A stretch of DNA of 64,000 nt, taken from NCBI GenBank assembly GCA_963776125.1, contig CAVZMC010000003.1, forward strand, positions 540 to 64,539. The letters run 5' to 3'. Source of the stretch: an uncultured Acidobacteriaceae bacterium (GTDB taxonomy: Bacteria; Acidobacteriota; Terriglobia; Terriglobales; Acidobacteriaceae). Below, piece after piece: positions 8,399 to 17,591 of this stretch. How positions within the stretch are numbered: position 1 is the first letter of the stretch; each line of letters begins with the position of its first letter. The notes under the pieces were generated by a model that saw only the letters and a list, made by a program, of their open reading frames with translations, had not been told where the DNA came from and ran no database searches. A program made the position numbers and the translations under genes.

Positions 8399-9487
8399 GT
8401 GCCCGAAGCAGCCGCGACCCGCCTTACCGCGACCGTCAAAGCCGGAGGCTGTGCGTCCAAACTGAGCCCCGCGGTGCTGGACGCGGTATTAAAGAAGCTC
8501 CCGAAACAAACCGACCCGAACGTCCTGGTCGGTTGCGATCACGCGGACGACGCGGGCGTTTATCGGTTAAGCGGCGACACAGCGCTCGTTCAGACCGTCG
8601 ATTTCTTCACCCCCATGGTCGACGATCCCTACACCTTCGGCCAGATCGCCGCCACCAACGCGCTCAGTGACGTTTATGCCATGGGCGGCCGTCCTATCAC
8701 GGCGCTGGCGCATGTTTGTTTTCCAGGGAATGGCGATCTCGAAGTTCTGCAGCGAATCCTGGCTGGCGGACTTTCCAGAATGATGGAAGCCGGATGCAGC
8801 GTGATTGGCGGCCACAGCGTGCGCGACGAAGAAACCAAGTTCGGTTACTCCGTCACCGGCCTCATCGACCCGAATAGAGTTTTCAGGAACGCCGGTGCCA
8901 AGGCCGGCGATCGCCTGCTCTTCACCAAAGCCCTTGGCACGGGCGTGATCTCAACCGCAATCAAGAGAGGCGAAGCCAAACAATCCTGGATCGACGCCGC
9001 CATCCGCAGCATGACCACGCTGAATAAGACCGCCGCCGAAATCATTTCAACTCGCGTGGGGACGGCCGCCCCTGGCCGTCCAGCGGAGCAAGGCTCCGCA
9101 GTTCACGCCATGACCGACGTCACCGGCTTCGGCCTTATCGCTCACGCCCGCGAAATGGCGCTCGCCTCCGAAGTTTCCATCCGTCTCCACGCCAGCCGCA
9201 TCCCCCTGCTGGAGGGCGCGCTGGAATGTATTCGCGCGGGCCATATCCCCGGAGGATTGACGGCGAACCGTGACTTTGCCGAGTGCGTGGTTGGATACGA
9301 GCTCGGCATCAGCGAGGATTTGAAGAACATGCTCTTCGATCCACAAACCGCCGGAGGGTTGCTGATTTCGGTCGTGTCAGGAATGGCCGCCGAACTAACG
9401 CAGGCTCTGCAGGCCGCTGGAGTCCCCGCGGTGGAGATCGGCCAGGTTCTGCCGCGGACCAAGCCTCTGATTGCGATTGCTGCTTAA
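8399..9487 (+). CDS. selD: selenide, water dikinase (selenophosphate synthetase), Cys-type
   Basis: N-terminal loop KAGGCASKLSP (catalytic Cys/Lys), DDAGVY, PurM-like fold motifs. GTG start 6 nt after TACAAT (8387-8392). Confidence 0.9.
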   Translation: MPEAAATRLTATVKAGGCASKLSPAVLDAVLKKLPKQTDPNVLVGCDHADDAGVYRLSGDTALVQTVDFFTPMVDDPYTFGQIAATNALSDVYAMGGRPITALAHVCFPGNGDLEVLQRILAGGLSRMMEAGCSVIGGHSVRDEETKFGYSVTGLIDPNRVFRNAGAKAGDRLLFTKALGTGVISTAIKRGEAKQSWIDAAIRSMTTLNKTAAEIISTRVGTAAPGRPAEQGSAVHAMTDVTGFGLIAHAREMALASEVSIRLHASRIPLLEGALECIRAGHIPGGLTANRDFAECVVGYELGISEDLKNMLFDPQTAGGLLISVVSGMAAELTQALQAAGVPAVEIGQVLPRTKPLIAIAA

Positions 9488-9491
9488 GTGT

Positions 9492-9579
9492 GTCATTCCG
9501 AGCGTAGCGAGGAATCTGCTGTCTGTTCGCGTCGGAAAAAAGCGGATTCCTCGCGCCAAAACCGGGCGCTCGGAATGAC
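9492..9579. repeat. nested palindromic element with GTCATTCCGAGCG heads; probably also the selD terminator
   Basis: GTCATTCCGAGCG (9492-9504) pairs with CGCTCGGAATGAC (9567-9579). Inner arms GCGAGGAATC / GGATTCCTCGC. Starts 5 nt after the selD stop. Confidence 0.7.
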
Positions 9580-9715
9580 AAATGTTTAGGTTCGCCGCCT
9601 TTAACCACAAAAGACACGACGTTACACCAAGGAACTCCGCTCGATTGGGTCTTCTGTTCGCATCTGCCCTTTGCAAGCCGGGTCCCAATGCGCTTGACCT
9701 TATAATTGAAGAGCG

Positions 9716-11899
9716 ATGAAGAAGGTTGTCCACGCCGCTTGCCCGCATGATTGCCCGGACGCGTGCGGAGTGCTGATCACAGTGGAAGATGGCCGCGCGA
9801 CCAGGGTGCAGGGCGACCCAGCGCATCCCACTACGCGTGGATTTCTGTGCGCCAAAGTGGCCAAGTATTTGGACCGGGTGTACTCGCCGGAGCGGGTGCT
9901 GTATCCCATGCGGAGGGTCGCGCCGAAGGGACCGGACGCGGGCCAGGGCGCCCGCGCCACAAAAAGCTTCCAACGCATTTCCTGGGATGAAGCGCTCGGC
10001 GACATCGCGGATCGCTTTAAGAGAATCACGGCGGAATCGGGCAGCGAAGCGATTCTGCCCTATTCCTACGGCGGCACGCTGGGGGTGTTGAATGGCGCTT
10101 CCATGGATCGGCGGTTTTTCCATCGCCTGGGCGCGTCGCAGCTGGATCGCACGATTTGCTCGCTGGCCGGCGAAATGGGCCTCAAATCGGTGCTGGGTGT
10201 GAAGTTGGGTACCGAGCCTGAGCAATTCATTCACTCGCGTTACATCATCGCCTGGGCCGCGAATATTCACGGCAACAATGTTCATCTGTGGCCGTTCATT
10301 GCGGAGGCGCGCCGCAAGGGCGCCAAGCTGGTGGTGATCGATCCTTACCGCACGCGCACCGCCGCTTGCGCCGATTGGTATCTGCCGATCAATCCTGGCT
10401 CGGACGCCGCGCTCGCGCTGGGCATGATGCACGTGATCATCAACGAGGGGCTGCACGACGCGGATTATGTAGAGCACTACACCCTCGGCTTTTCGCAATT
10501 GCGGGAAAAGGTCCAGGAATATCCGCCGGAGCGGGTGGAGAAGTGGACAGGGATCGCGGCGGCCGACGTTGGGAGACTGGCGCGGGAATACGCCACCACG
10601 CGCCCGGCCGTCATAAGACTGAACTACGGCGTGCAAAGATCCGAGCGCGGAGGCGCGTCCACGCGCGCCATCACCATGTTGCCCTGCATTACCGGTTCGT
10701 GGAAGGAAATCGGCGGCGGCCTGCAGCTCTCGACCAGCGGGGCTTACGGGCTGAATCGCGAGGCGCTGGAGCGGACCGACTTGATGGTGCAAGCGTTGAG
10801 GCGGCCGGCGCGCGTGGTGAATATGGTCGAATTAGGGAAGGCCTTGAACACGCTGGATGACCCTCCCATCCGAGCGCTGTTCGTTTACAACTCGAATCCG
10901 GCGGCGGTGTGTCCCAATCACAATGAAGTTGTCCGCGGCTTACGGCGCAGCGATCTATTCACAGTGGTCCACGAGCAGTTCTTCACCGACACGACCGACT
11001 ACGCGGATATTGTTCTGCCCGCGACTACGTTCCTGGAGCACGACGACTTGCAAACCGGATACGGGCACTACTATGTGCAAATGTCCGATAAGGCGATCGA
11101 CCCGCTGGGGGAGTGCCGTTCCAATGTCGAGACATTTCGCGCGCTGGCGGAACGCATGGGATTTGAAGATGAATGCTTCCGCGAATCGGTCGACCACATG
11201 ATCGACGCCGCGCTCGATTCGAAGAACCCGTGGTTGAAGGGCATTGACCGCGAGCGGCTGGAGCGGGAAGGCCACGTCAGGCTCAACTTCGCGGGCAACG
11301 GGTCTGACGCTGCGCAGTCCCCATTCTTGCCGTTCGCGGAGGGTAATTTCGCCACGCCGAGCGGCAAGGCCGAGCTTTACAGCGAATCGCTCCGCGCCCT
11401 GGGATTGCATCCGGTGGTGGATTTTACGCCCCCGGCTGAATCACGCCACGGTTCGCAGGCCAAATCCTTTCCCTTGGAGATGCTGGCGCGCAAGGCGGAC
11501 AACTTTCTCAATTCAACTTTTTCGAACCTGCCCGTGACCCAGCAGATGGAGGAGTTAGGGCTTCTTGAAATGAACGCCATCGATGCGCGGGCACGCGGTA
11601 TTGCCAATGGCGACGGGGTGCGGGTATTCAACGGCCGGGGAGAGATTCTGCTCACAGCGCGGGTGGATGGAGCGGTGCAGCCGGGGGTGGTCTCCGCGCG
11701 TCTGCACTGGGCTAAGCTTTCTGCCGGCAACAGGAATATCAACGTGCTGACTTCCGAAAAACTTACTGACCTAGGCAACTCCGCCACGTTTTATTCCGTC
11801 TTGGTTGAGGTAGAGCTTGCTAAACCAGCTTCCGGCGCGCAATCGGGATCCCAGTCTGAAATCAAGGACTTGGACGGTCCGCACTGCTCTACCGTATAA
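9716..11899 (+). CDS. molybdopterin (bis-MGD) oxidoreductase, DMSO-reductase superfamily, cytoplasmic
   Basis: 727 aa. N-terminal 4Fe-4S motif CPHDCPDACG...C, MopB domains, C-terminal MGD-binding barrel (GDGVRVFNGRGEILLTARV). No Tat signal. TATAAT at 9701-9706. Confidence 0.9.
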   Translation: MKKVVHAACPHDCPDACGVLITVEDGRATRVQGDPAHPTTRGFLCAKVAKYLDRVYSPERVLYPMRRVAPKGPDAGQGARATKSFQRISWDEALGDIADRFKRITAESGSEAILPYSYGGTLGVLNGASMDRRFFHRLGASQLDRTICSLAGEMGLKSVLGVKLGTEPEQFIHSRYIIAWAANIHGNNVHLWPFIAEARRKGAKLVVIDPYRTRTAACADWYLPINPGSDAALALGMMHVIINEGLHDADYVEHYTLGFSQLREKVQEYPPERVEKWTGIAAADVGRLAREYATTRPAVIRLNYGVQRSERGGASTRAITMLPCITGSWKEIGGGLQLSTSGAYGLNREALERTDLMVQALRRPARVVNMVELGKALNTLDDPPIRALFVYNSNPAAVCPNHNEVVRGLRRSDLFTVVHEQFFTDTTDYADIVLPATTFLEHDDLQTGYGHYYVQMSDKAIDPLGECRSNVETFRALAERMGFEDECFRESVDHMIDAALDSKNPWLKGIDRERLEREGHVRLNFAGNGSDAAQSPFLPFAEGNFATPSGKAELYSESLRALGLHPVVDFTPPAESRHGSQAKSFPLEMLARKADNFLNSTFSNLPVTQQMEELGLLEMNAIDARARGIANGDGVRVFNGRGEILLTARVDGAVQPGVVSARLHWAKLSAGNRNINVLTSEKLTDLGNSATFYSVLVEVELAKPASGAQSGSQSEIKDLDGPHCSTV

Positions 11900-11980
11900 T
11901 TGCCGTTTTCCATACTCCCGCAGCCCGAGGTAGTAGCGATTCTCCGCGTTCATCACGATAGCCCTGCGGTCGCCAAGGGC

Positions 11981-14851
11981 ATGTGCGGCTGGACAGAGCC
12001 TAGCTCGGCTTTTCCGTCGGCCCCATCCCGTTCATTTACATCTTCTTGCAGGGAACGCCGGTGGTTGCCCTTGGGCGGCGTTCTGGTTCTCTTGCTACTG
12101 TGCGCGGTTGGCATGGGCCAACAGGACTTGATCGTCGGCATTGAAGTTCACGGCAACCGCCGGATTCCGCAGGAAACCATCAAAGCACGAATCTTCACTC
12201 ACGCCGGAGACGTCTATGATCAGGCGTCCATCGATCGTGATTTTAATTCTCTGTGGAATACGGGATACTTCGACGACATCCGCATCGAGCGCGAGGAAAC
12301 CCCTAAGGGCTCAATCCTGCATATCTATGTCAAGGAACGGCCGACGATCCGGACTATCGACTACACCGGACTGAGTTCAGTTTCCACCAGCGATGTGCTA
12401 GACCGTTTCAAGGAAGCCAAGGTAGGGATTTCGCAGGAGAGCCAATTCGATCCCACCAAGGTGAAAAAGGCTGAAGTCACGATCAAGGAGTTGCTTTCCG
12501 AGCATGGCCGGCAGTTCGCTACGGTTCGCACCGAAATTCGTCCCATCCCGCCCAATGCGGTCGCCATCACCTTCGCGGTGAAAGAAGGCCCTAAAGTAAA
12601 AGTGGGCAAAATCAGCTTCGTGGGCAACAAACACTTAAACACCCGCATTTTGCGCAGCGCCATGAAGAACTTGCGGCCGGTCGGAGTCCCCCACTCCATC
12701 TTCCTGGAAAATCTCTTCTCCAAGGCGTATGACGCCAGCCGGCTGGAAGAAGATACGGAGCGGGTACGGGCGGAGTACCAGAATCGCGGCTACTTCAAGG
12801 TGGTGGTGGACGACCCGAAGACAGTCATTCGCGATACCGGGCACAAAGGCACGCATATTCCGTACCTGCAGTCCGGGTCAGGCAAAGCCATTGATATCAC
12901 CATACCGATCGACGAGGGCGACAAGTACCGGCTAGGCGCGATTACATTCAAGAACTACAAGGCGAGGATCAACCCTAAGGCATTGCGAGCCGCGTTTCCG
13001 ATTAAAGACGGCGATATTTTCGATCGCTCCAAGATCGCCAAGGGCATCGATAACCTGCGGACGGCTTACGGGACCCAGGGTTACATCAATTTCACGTCAA
13101 TTCCCAACACTACCTTCGATGAGGAGAAGAAGCTGGTCTACTTGGACGTGGACCTGGACGAGGGCAAACAATTCGCGGTGCGGCGAATTGAGTTCGTGGG
13201 AAACACAACAACCCGCGACAAGGTGATACGCCGTGAATTGGTCCTGGAGGAAGGCCAGCTTTATAACGAACGCCTGTGGAAGCTCAGCCTGCAGCGCTTA
13301 AACCAGCTCGGCTATTTTGAGCAAATGAAACCCGACGACCCCGACATTACCGAGCGCCATCTGGATGAAAAGGACGGCTTGGTGGATTTGACGCTCAAGG
13401 TGAAGGAAAAAGGGAAGAACAGCATCGGATTGACCGGCGGAGTCAGCGGCCTGGCTGGGGCCTTCGTCGGCCTCAACTACAGCACCAACAACCTCTTCGG
13501 CCGGGGCGAGAGCCTGTCCGTGTCGGCCAATATTGGAAACCTGGAACGCGACCTGACCTTCGGCTTCACTGAGCCTTATCTATTCGATCGCGCATTGCAA
13601 GCCGGATTTACGGTTTATGATCGGACCTACAACTATAACCAGGCGCGGGAAGAAGCGGTAATCACCGGCCAGCAAGTCAACGTACCCCAAGCCGAGCTGC
13701 AAAATCTGCAGAACTACACGCAATCGAGCCATGGCTTTTCACTGTCTGTCAGCCATCCTTTGCACCACGGCTTCAAGCGTGTGGGCATTGCATATACCTT
13801 CGATGTGTCGTCGCTGGTGACGCTCAGCGACGCGTCCAAGAATCTGTTCACTTTCATTCAGTATGAAGGGCTCAGCGGGCCCAATTCTCTCAACGGAATT
13901 GTGACCAGCAAGGTCATCCCCAGCTTTTCGCTCAGCACGGTGGATGCCGCTTACCAGCCGCACCGCGGCAGCGCGCTATCGCTGGCGGCGGAGATCGCAG
14001 GCATAGGGGGCACGATTCACACTATACGCCCGGTTGTGGACTACAAGCATTACATTCCAGTGAACAAGCGGCGCAACGCGCTGGCTTTCCACGTCTCGTC
14101 GTCATTCCTGGCGGGTTATGGCGGCGACGTGGCGCCTCCTTTCGAGCGCAATTATATGGGCGGCGAAAACGATGTTCGCGGGTTCGATATCCGCTCCATT
14201 TCCCCGGTCGCTTACCTGCCCAACCAGACCTCGATCCCGTTGCAGAATCCGGACGGCACCTTCGTTCCCAAGGATCCTCATAATCCCTCGCTCGGCAACT
14301 GGACTATCCCGATTCCCACCGAGCAGATCGTCTTTCCCGGCGGCGATGCCAACGTCGTCGGCAATATCGAATATCACATTACGATTGCCGGACCGGTTGT
14401 GCTTGTCCCGTTCCTCGATGCCGGACTTGATCCGGTGGTGCGCGACTCGCAGTTGCGCATTACGCCGCAGGAAGTGACCCTGTTGAACAGCACCCCGTTC
14501 GGTTGTCCAGAATTGAATGCGGGCTTCCAATGCATCGGAACCTCGTCCCAGAGTTTCGCCCCGACGCTTCCGCTGGCGCCCGGCACCAACTGGGTTCCCC
14601 GAATGTCCACCGGTTTGGAATTGGAAATGATGCTACCTGTGGTCAACGCCCCGTTCCGCATTTACTGGGCCTACAATCCGCTGCGACTGGATAGGATCAG
14701 CACGGCACCCAGTGCCATCACGCGCGGAATGTTCCCGGTGGGAGCGGCGGGCGACTACACCTACCAGAACGCCATTGCGGTCGATTCGCCACAGTTCCTG
14801 TTGCGCGAACCGCGCAAGACATTCCGCTTCACCGTGGGCACGACGTTCTAG
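11981..14851 (+). CDS. bamA: outer membrane protein assembly factor BamA
   Basis: POTRA-like repeats (IEVHGNRRIPQETI, IDYTGLSSVSTSDV, ISFVGNKHLNTRIL, IEFVGNTTTRDKVIRREL) and a C-terminal barrel ending FRFTVGTTF. Start set at ATG 11981; the track's TTG 11900 is doubtful. Confidence 0.88.
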   Translation: MCGWTEPSSAFPSAPSRSFTSSCRERRWLPLGGVLVLLLLCAVGMGQQDLIVGIEVHGNRRIPQETIKARIFTHAGDVYDQASIDRDFNSLWNTGYFDDIRIEREETPKGSILHIYVKERPTIRTIDYTGLSSVSTSDVLDRFKEAKVGISQESQFDPTKVKKAEVTIKELLSEHGRQFATVRTEIRPIPPNAVAITFAVKEGPKVKVGKISFVGNKHLNTRILRSAMKNLRPVGVPHSIFLENLFSKAYDASRLEEDTERVRAEYQNRGYFKVVVDDPKTVIRDTGHKGTHIPYLQSGSGKAIDITIPIDEGDKYRLGAITFKNYKARINPKALRAAFPIKDGDIFDRSKIAKGIDNLRTAYGTQGYINFTSIPNTTFDEEKKLVYLDVDLDEGKQFAVRRIEFVGNTTTRDKVIRRELVLEEGQLYNERLWKLSLQRLNQLGYFEQMKPDDPDITERHLDEKDGLVDLTLKVKEKGKNSIGLTGGVSGLAGAFVGLNYSTNNLFGRGESLSVSANIGNLERDLTFGFTEPYLFDRALQAGFTVYDRTYNYNQAREEAVITGQQVNVPQAELQNLQNYTQSSHGFSLSVSHPLHHGFKRVGIAYTFDVSSLVTLSDASKNLFTFIQYEGLSGPNSLNGIVTSKVIPSFSLSTVDAAYQPHRGSALSLAAEIAGIGGTIHTIRPVVDYKHYIPVNKRRNALAFHVSSSFLAGYGGDVAPPFERNYMGGENDVRGFDIRSISPVAYLPNQTSIPLQNPDGTFVPKDPHNPSLGNWTIPIPTEQIVFPGGDANVVGNIEYHITIAGPVVLVPFLDAGLDPVVRDSQLRITPQEVTLLNSTPFGCPELNAGFQCIGTSSQSFAPTLPLAPGTNWVPRMSTGLELEMMLPVVNAPFRIYWAYNPLRLDRISTAPSAITRGMFPVGAAGDYTYQNAIAVDSPQFLLREPRKTFRFTVGTTF

Positions 14852-15098
14852 CAGGAAGTTTGCCTGATTTTCTTCCCCGGCGGACAATCCAGGCCAGGGC
14901 TAAGGCCCAACACTTAAGTCGACTGAAGGCATTTTCCACTGTGCTTCCGCGAGTTTGCCAACTGACTGTTACTCCCGCGCTTCACGTAACCTTCGACCTA
15001 GAACCTTCGCCCCAGGGCGGTTCTTGACATCAAGAATGGCGGACGCCACACTCCAAAGAAGGCATCGCTAGGGATGCCAATGAAGTCCGCATGAGCGA

Positions 15099-16112
15099 AT
15101 GAGAATGGATCGACGGGACCAATCCTCGGTGCTGGATCCGACCGCTTCTCCAATGTGCGCGGAAGCGGAACCGGGCGCGGAGCCGGACGAATCCTTGCCG
15201 CCCGCCAAGACTTTGCACGCGGCTCTGCGTTTTCCAGGAGAGGACGATGGGCAATCGCTGAGCGAGATGGCGCAGCGCGATCTGGAAGCCACGCTCCAGC
15301 TATTAGCGGAGCGTGCGCAGCACGTCACGGGCGCGTCGGGAGCCGCCATCGCGTTCCGCCAAGGTGGAAACATGGTTTGCCTCGCCAGCGCGGGCGCGGT
15401 CGCCCCGAGGGTAGGCGAAACTGTCGACGTAAACTCGGGCCTTGCAGGCGAGAGCATCCGGAGCCGGCAAACTCTGTGTTGCAATGACGCGGCGGATGAT
15501 CTGCGCCTCGATGCAGCCAACTATCGACGACTCGGCGTCGCTTCCGCGCTGGCGATGCCTCTGGTTCGGGAACAGAAAATCGTTGGCCTGTTCGAACTCA
15601 TATCGGAGAAGGCGAACGCTTTCGAGGAGGGCGACATTTTGGCGCTGGAGCGCTTGGGCGAGATGATCCAGACCGCCGTCGACCATGCCGAAGCAGCGAA
15701 TCGAGCGCAAAGCATGATCCATCTGGGAGGAGATGCCGCGTCGCTCAGCGAGCCAGATTTCGACCCCCAATCCGAACTTCAAATTCAGACCGTCGAACTC
15801 CCGGCGGTAGAGACTGGTCCAGAATCCGGGGTGGGAATGTCGCCGAGCGCGCAGGTCGAGCGGGGAAACATTGGGAAATGCGTCGCCTGCGGCTTTCCGG
15901 TTTCGCAGGGGCGGACTCTTTGCCTGGATTGCGACGCGTCGCGGAACGCCGATGCCAAAGCGCCTATGGAAACTGCTTCTGCGCCCGCTTTTTTCGCTCA
16001 GCTCAATCTCGCCGGCGCGGAAAATCCAAGCTGGCAACAATCGCGCAAGTACCTGATTGGAAGCATCCTGCTGACCGTGGGTGCGCTGGCGTACGCGCTC
16101 TGGTTTCACTAG
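15099..16112 (+). CDS. GAF-domain protein with C-terminal zinc ribbon and TM anchor
   Basis: GAF-like core (TLQLLAERAQHVTGASGAAIAF...LAMPLVREQKIVGLFELIS), CVACGFPVSQGRTLCLDCD, terminal TM YLIGSILLTVGALAYALWF. Confidence 0.75.
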   Translation: MRMDRRDQSSVLDPTASPMCAEAEPGAEPDESLPPAKTLHAALRFPGEDDGQSLSEMAQRDLEATLQLLAERAQHVTGASGAAIAFRQGGNMVCLASAGAVAPRVGETVDVNSGLAGESIRSRQTLCCNDAADDLRLDAANYRRLGVASALAMPLVREQKIVGLFELISEKANAFEEGDILALERLGEMIQTAVDHAEAANRAQSMIHLGGDAASLSEPDFDPQSELQIQTVELPAVETGPESGVGMSPSAQVERGNIGKCVACGFPVSQGRTLCLDCDASRNADAKAPMETASAPAFFAQLNLAGAENPSWQQSRKYLIGSILLTVGALAYALWFH

Positions 16113-16156
16113 AGCCGTTCTCGCAACATCGTTCCTGTACCCTGACACGAGCCCGG

Positions 16157-16822
16157 TTATTGCGGTGCGGTTCCTTTCACTACCAGACCAAAGGGTACGG
16201 CCTCACCAGAACTCATTGTGAGCGCTGCCGAAAAAATCCAATGTCCTTCGTCGTCCTTCGAGATGGAAGGCTGGGCGCCGCTTGCCGCCTGGACCATACT
16301 TAGCGGCGCAGGGTGCTTGCTGGACGAGGTTTGCCGGCTCAAGTCCACCAACGGGTCAAACTTGTACACGGCGTCGGGGTTGGAGTCCGCGCCCGCGGGC
16401 ACCAGCAGCAGGAAATCACGATTGGGAGCGACGCCCAAATGATTTCCATCGTCGGGCAGCAATTCGTAGCGCAGCGTGTAGCTTCCTGACGGGACGGCTT
16501 GGCCACGATAATCCGTGGTGGCTTGGGGAAAAGAGATCACGCCGACCAGCGTGGATTCGGCCAGTTGAGGATAGATGGCTCCGGGCACGTCCTCCTTGCT
16601 GGCCCGCGCGGGCACAGGCTGGCGCAGCCAGATTTCGCAGGCAACGCTTCCGTCGGCCAGCGCAATCCGGTAACCCTTGTTATCCAAAACCTTGCGCACT
16701 GCCTCTGGAACCTTTGACTCGGTGAGTGGTCCCAACGATTCGACCTTGCCACTCTGTGCCCAACCGACCACGGAGATCGCAATCAGGCACGCCAGAACTA
16801 CGAACCTCAGAATCTTAGGCAA
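16157..16822 (-). CDS. secreted hypothetical protein
   Basis: 221 aa, TTG start, signal peptide ILRFVVLACLIAISVVGWAQ. Coding-like composition. I recognise no family. Confidence 0.6.
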   Translation of the reverse strand: MPKILRFVVLACLIAISVVGWAQSGKVESLGPLTESKVPEAVRKVLDNKGYRIALADGSVACEIWLRQPVPARASKEDVPGAIYPQLAESTLVGVISFPQATTDYRGQAVPSGSYTLRYELLPDDGNHLGVAPNRDFLLLVPAGADSNPDAVYKFDPLVDLSRQTSSSKHPAPLSMVQAASGAQPSISKDDEGHWIFSAALTMSSGEAVPFGLVVKGTAPQ

Positions 16823-16925
16823 GCTCCCGCCTCCGGAAAGATAGACTCAGCTGAAAAACACACGCGCACCGCTACGCATGGCAGCCACCAGAAGTGTAAA
16901 TGATGCCTCGCGAGGAGGTGGTTTT

Positions 16926-17591
16926 CTAGCGCGCGAACGTGCCCACAAAGGCGCTGCGTTTGCCGTGGGACTCCCAATCGACGCCAAGTCCGGGACCGCG
17001 ATACGCGTCGGTCACCGCCACCGCCGGCATGGCGTGGGACAATTCGGTGAGCGGCGGATAGAAGGTCACTTCGTTGCCGCAGACGTGATCCTTGCCGTTG
17101 ATGGAGCGGGTTTGCACAGTCGCGAACGCCCCGGCGCGCAGCAATGCAACCCCGTGATGCTCGGAGCTGACTTCCAGCTCCATGGGCGCGGAGACCACGC
17201 GTTCGACATTTTGCAGGAGCTCGCCGGCCATTTGTTGCGCGAAGGCGACGAGCGCAGCCCTTTGTTGCGGATTGGCCTGTTCATCCACAATCAGAACCGC
17301 GTTGGCCGGATAAGGGTTTTCGTAGGGATCGCCGAGAGTTCCCCGGGCATGAACCGCAGCCGCGACGGTGAGGCCGTCGAGCGCAATGCCATTCCAGCTT
17401 CCGCTGCGGATGTGCCATCCCAGGATCGCTTCGTTCCCCACCAGATTGACTTCACCATTCGCGAAACATTGCCCCGTGTACACGTCCGCGCTGCGGCTTT
17501 CCACGTAATCGCCACGGATTTGTTGGGCTAGAAGCGAAGTTGCTAGAGCCAGCACAGCAACGCCGAGAACCGCAACCATAGAATAGCGCAC
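16926..17591 (-). CDS. secreted DUF1326-like protein
   Basis: 221 aa, signal peptide MRYSMVAVLGVAVLALATSLLAQ. Layout resembles DUF1326 (GDYVE..., LDGL..AAAV, DEQANPQQRAAL) but the usual N-terminal Cys cluster is absent. Confidence 0.5.
   Translation of the reverse strand: MRYSMVAVLGVAVLALATSLLAQQIRGDYVESRSADVYTGQCFANGEVNLVGNEAILGWHIRSGSWNGIALDGLTVAAAVHARGTLGDPYENPYPANAVLIVDEQANPQQRAALVAFAQQMAGELLQNVERVVSAPMELEVSSEHHGVALLRAGAFATVQTRSINGKDHVCGNEVTFYPPLTELSHAMPAVAVTDAYRGPGLGVDWESHGKRSAFVGTFAR

Noticed and set aside
9395-10792. 465-aa minus-strand ORF
   Set aside because: It is entirely antisense to the well-supported molybdopterin oxidoreductase. The Arg/Ala/Gly-rich low-complexity translation is typical of a GC-rich shadow ORF.
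9716-11899. Possible selenocysteine (in-frame TGA) in the molybdoenzyme next to selD
   Set aside because: The ORF is uninterrupted and has Cys at the position I align with the Mo ligand. No SECIS-like context needs to be invoked.
11900-11980. TTG 11900 as the bamA start
   Set aside because: It overlaps a TATAAT box and adds 27 residues with no signal-peptide character. ATG 11981 is followed by a basic region and a hydrophobic stretch (LGGVLVLLLLCAVG). The choice remains uncertain.
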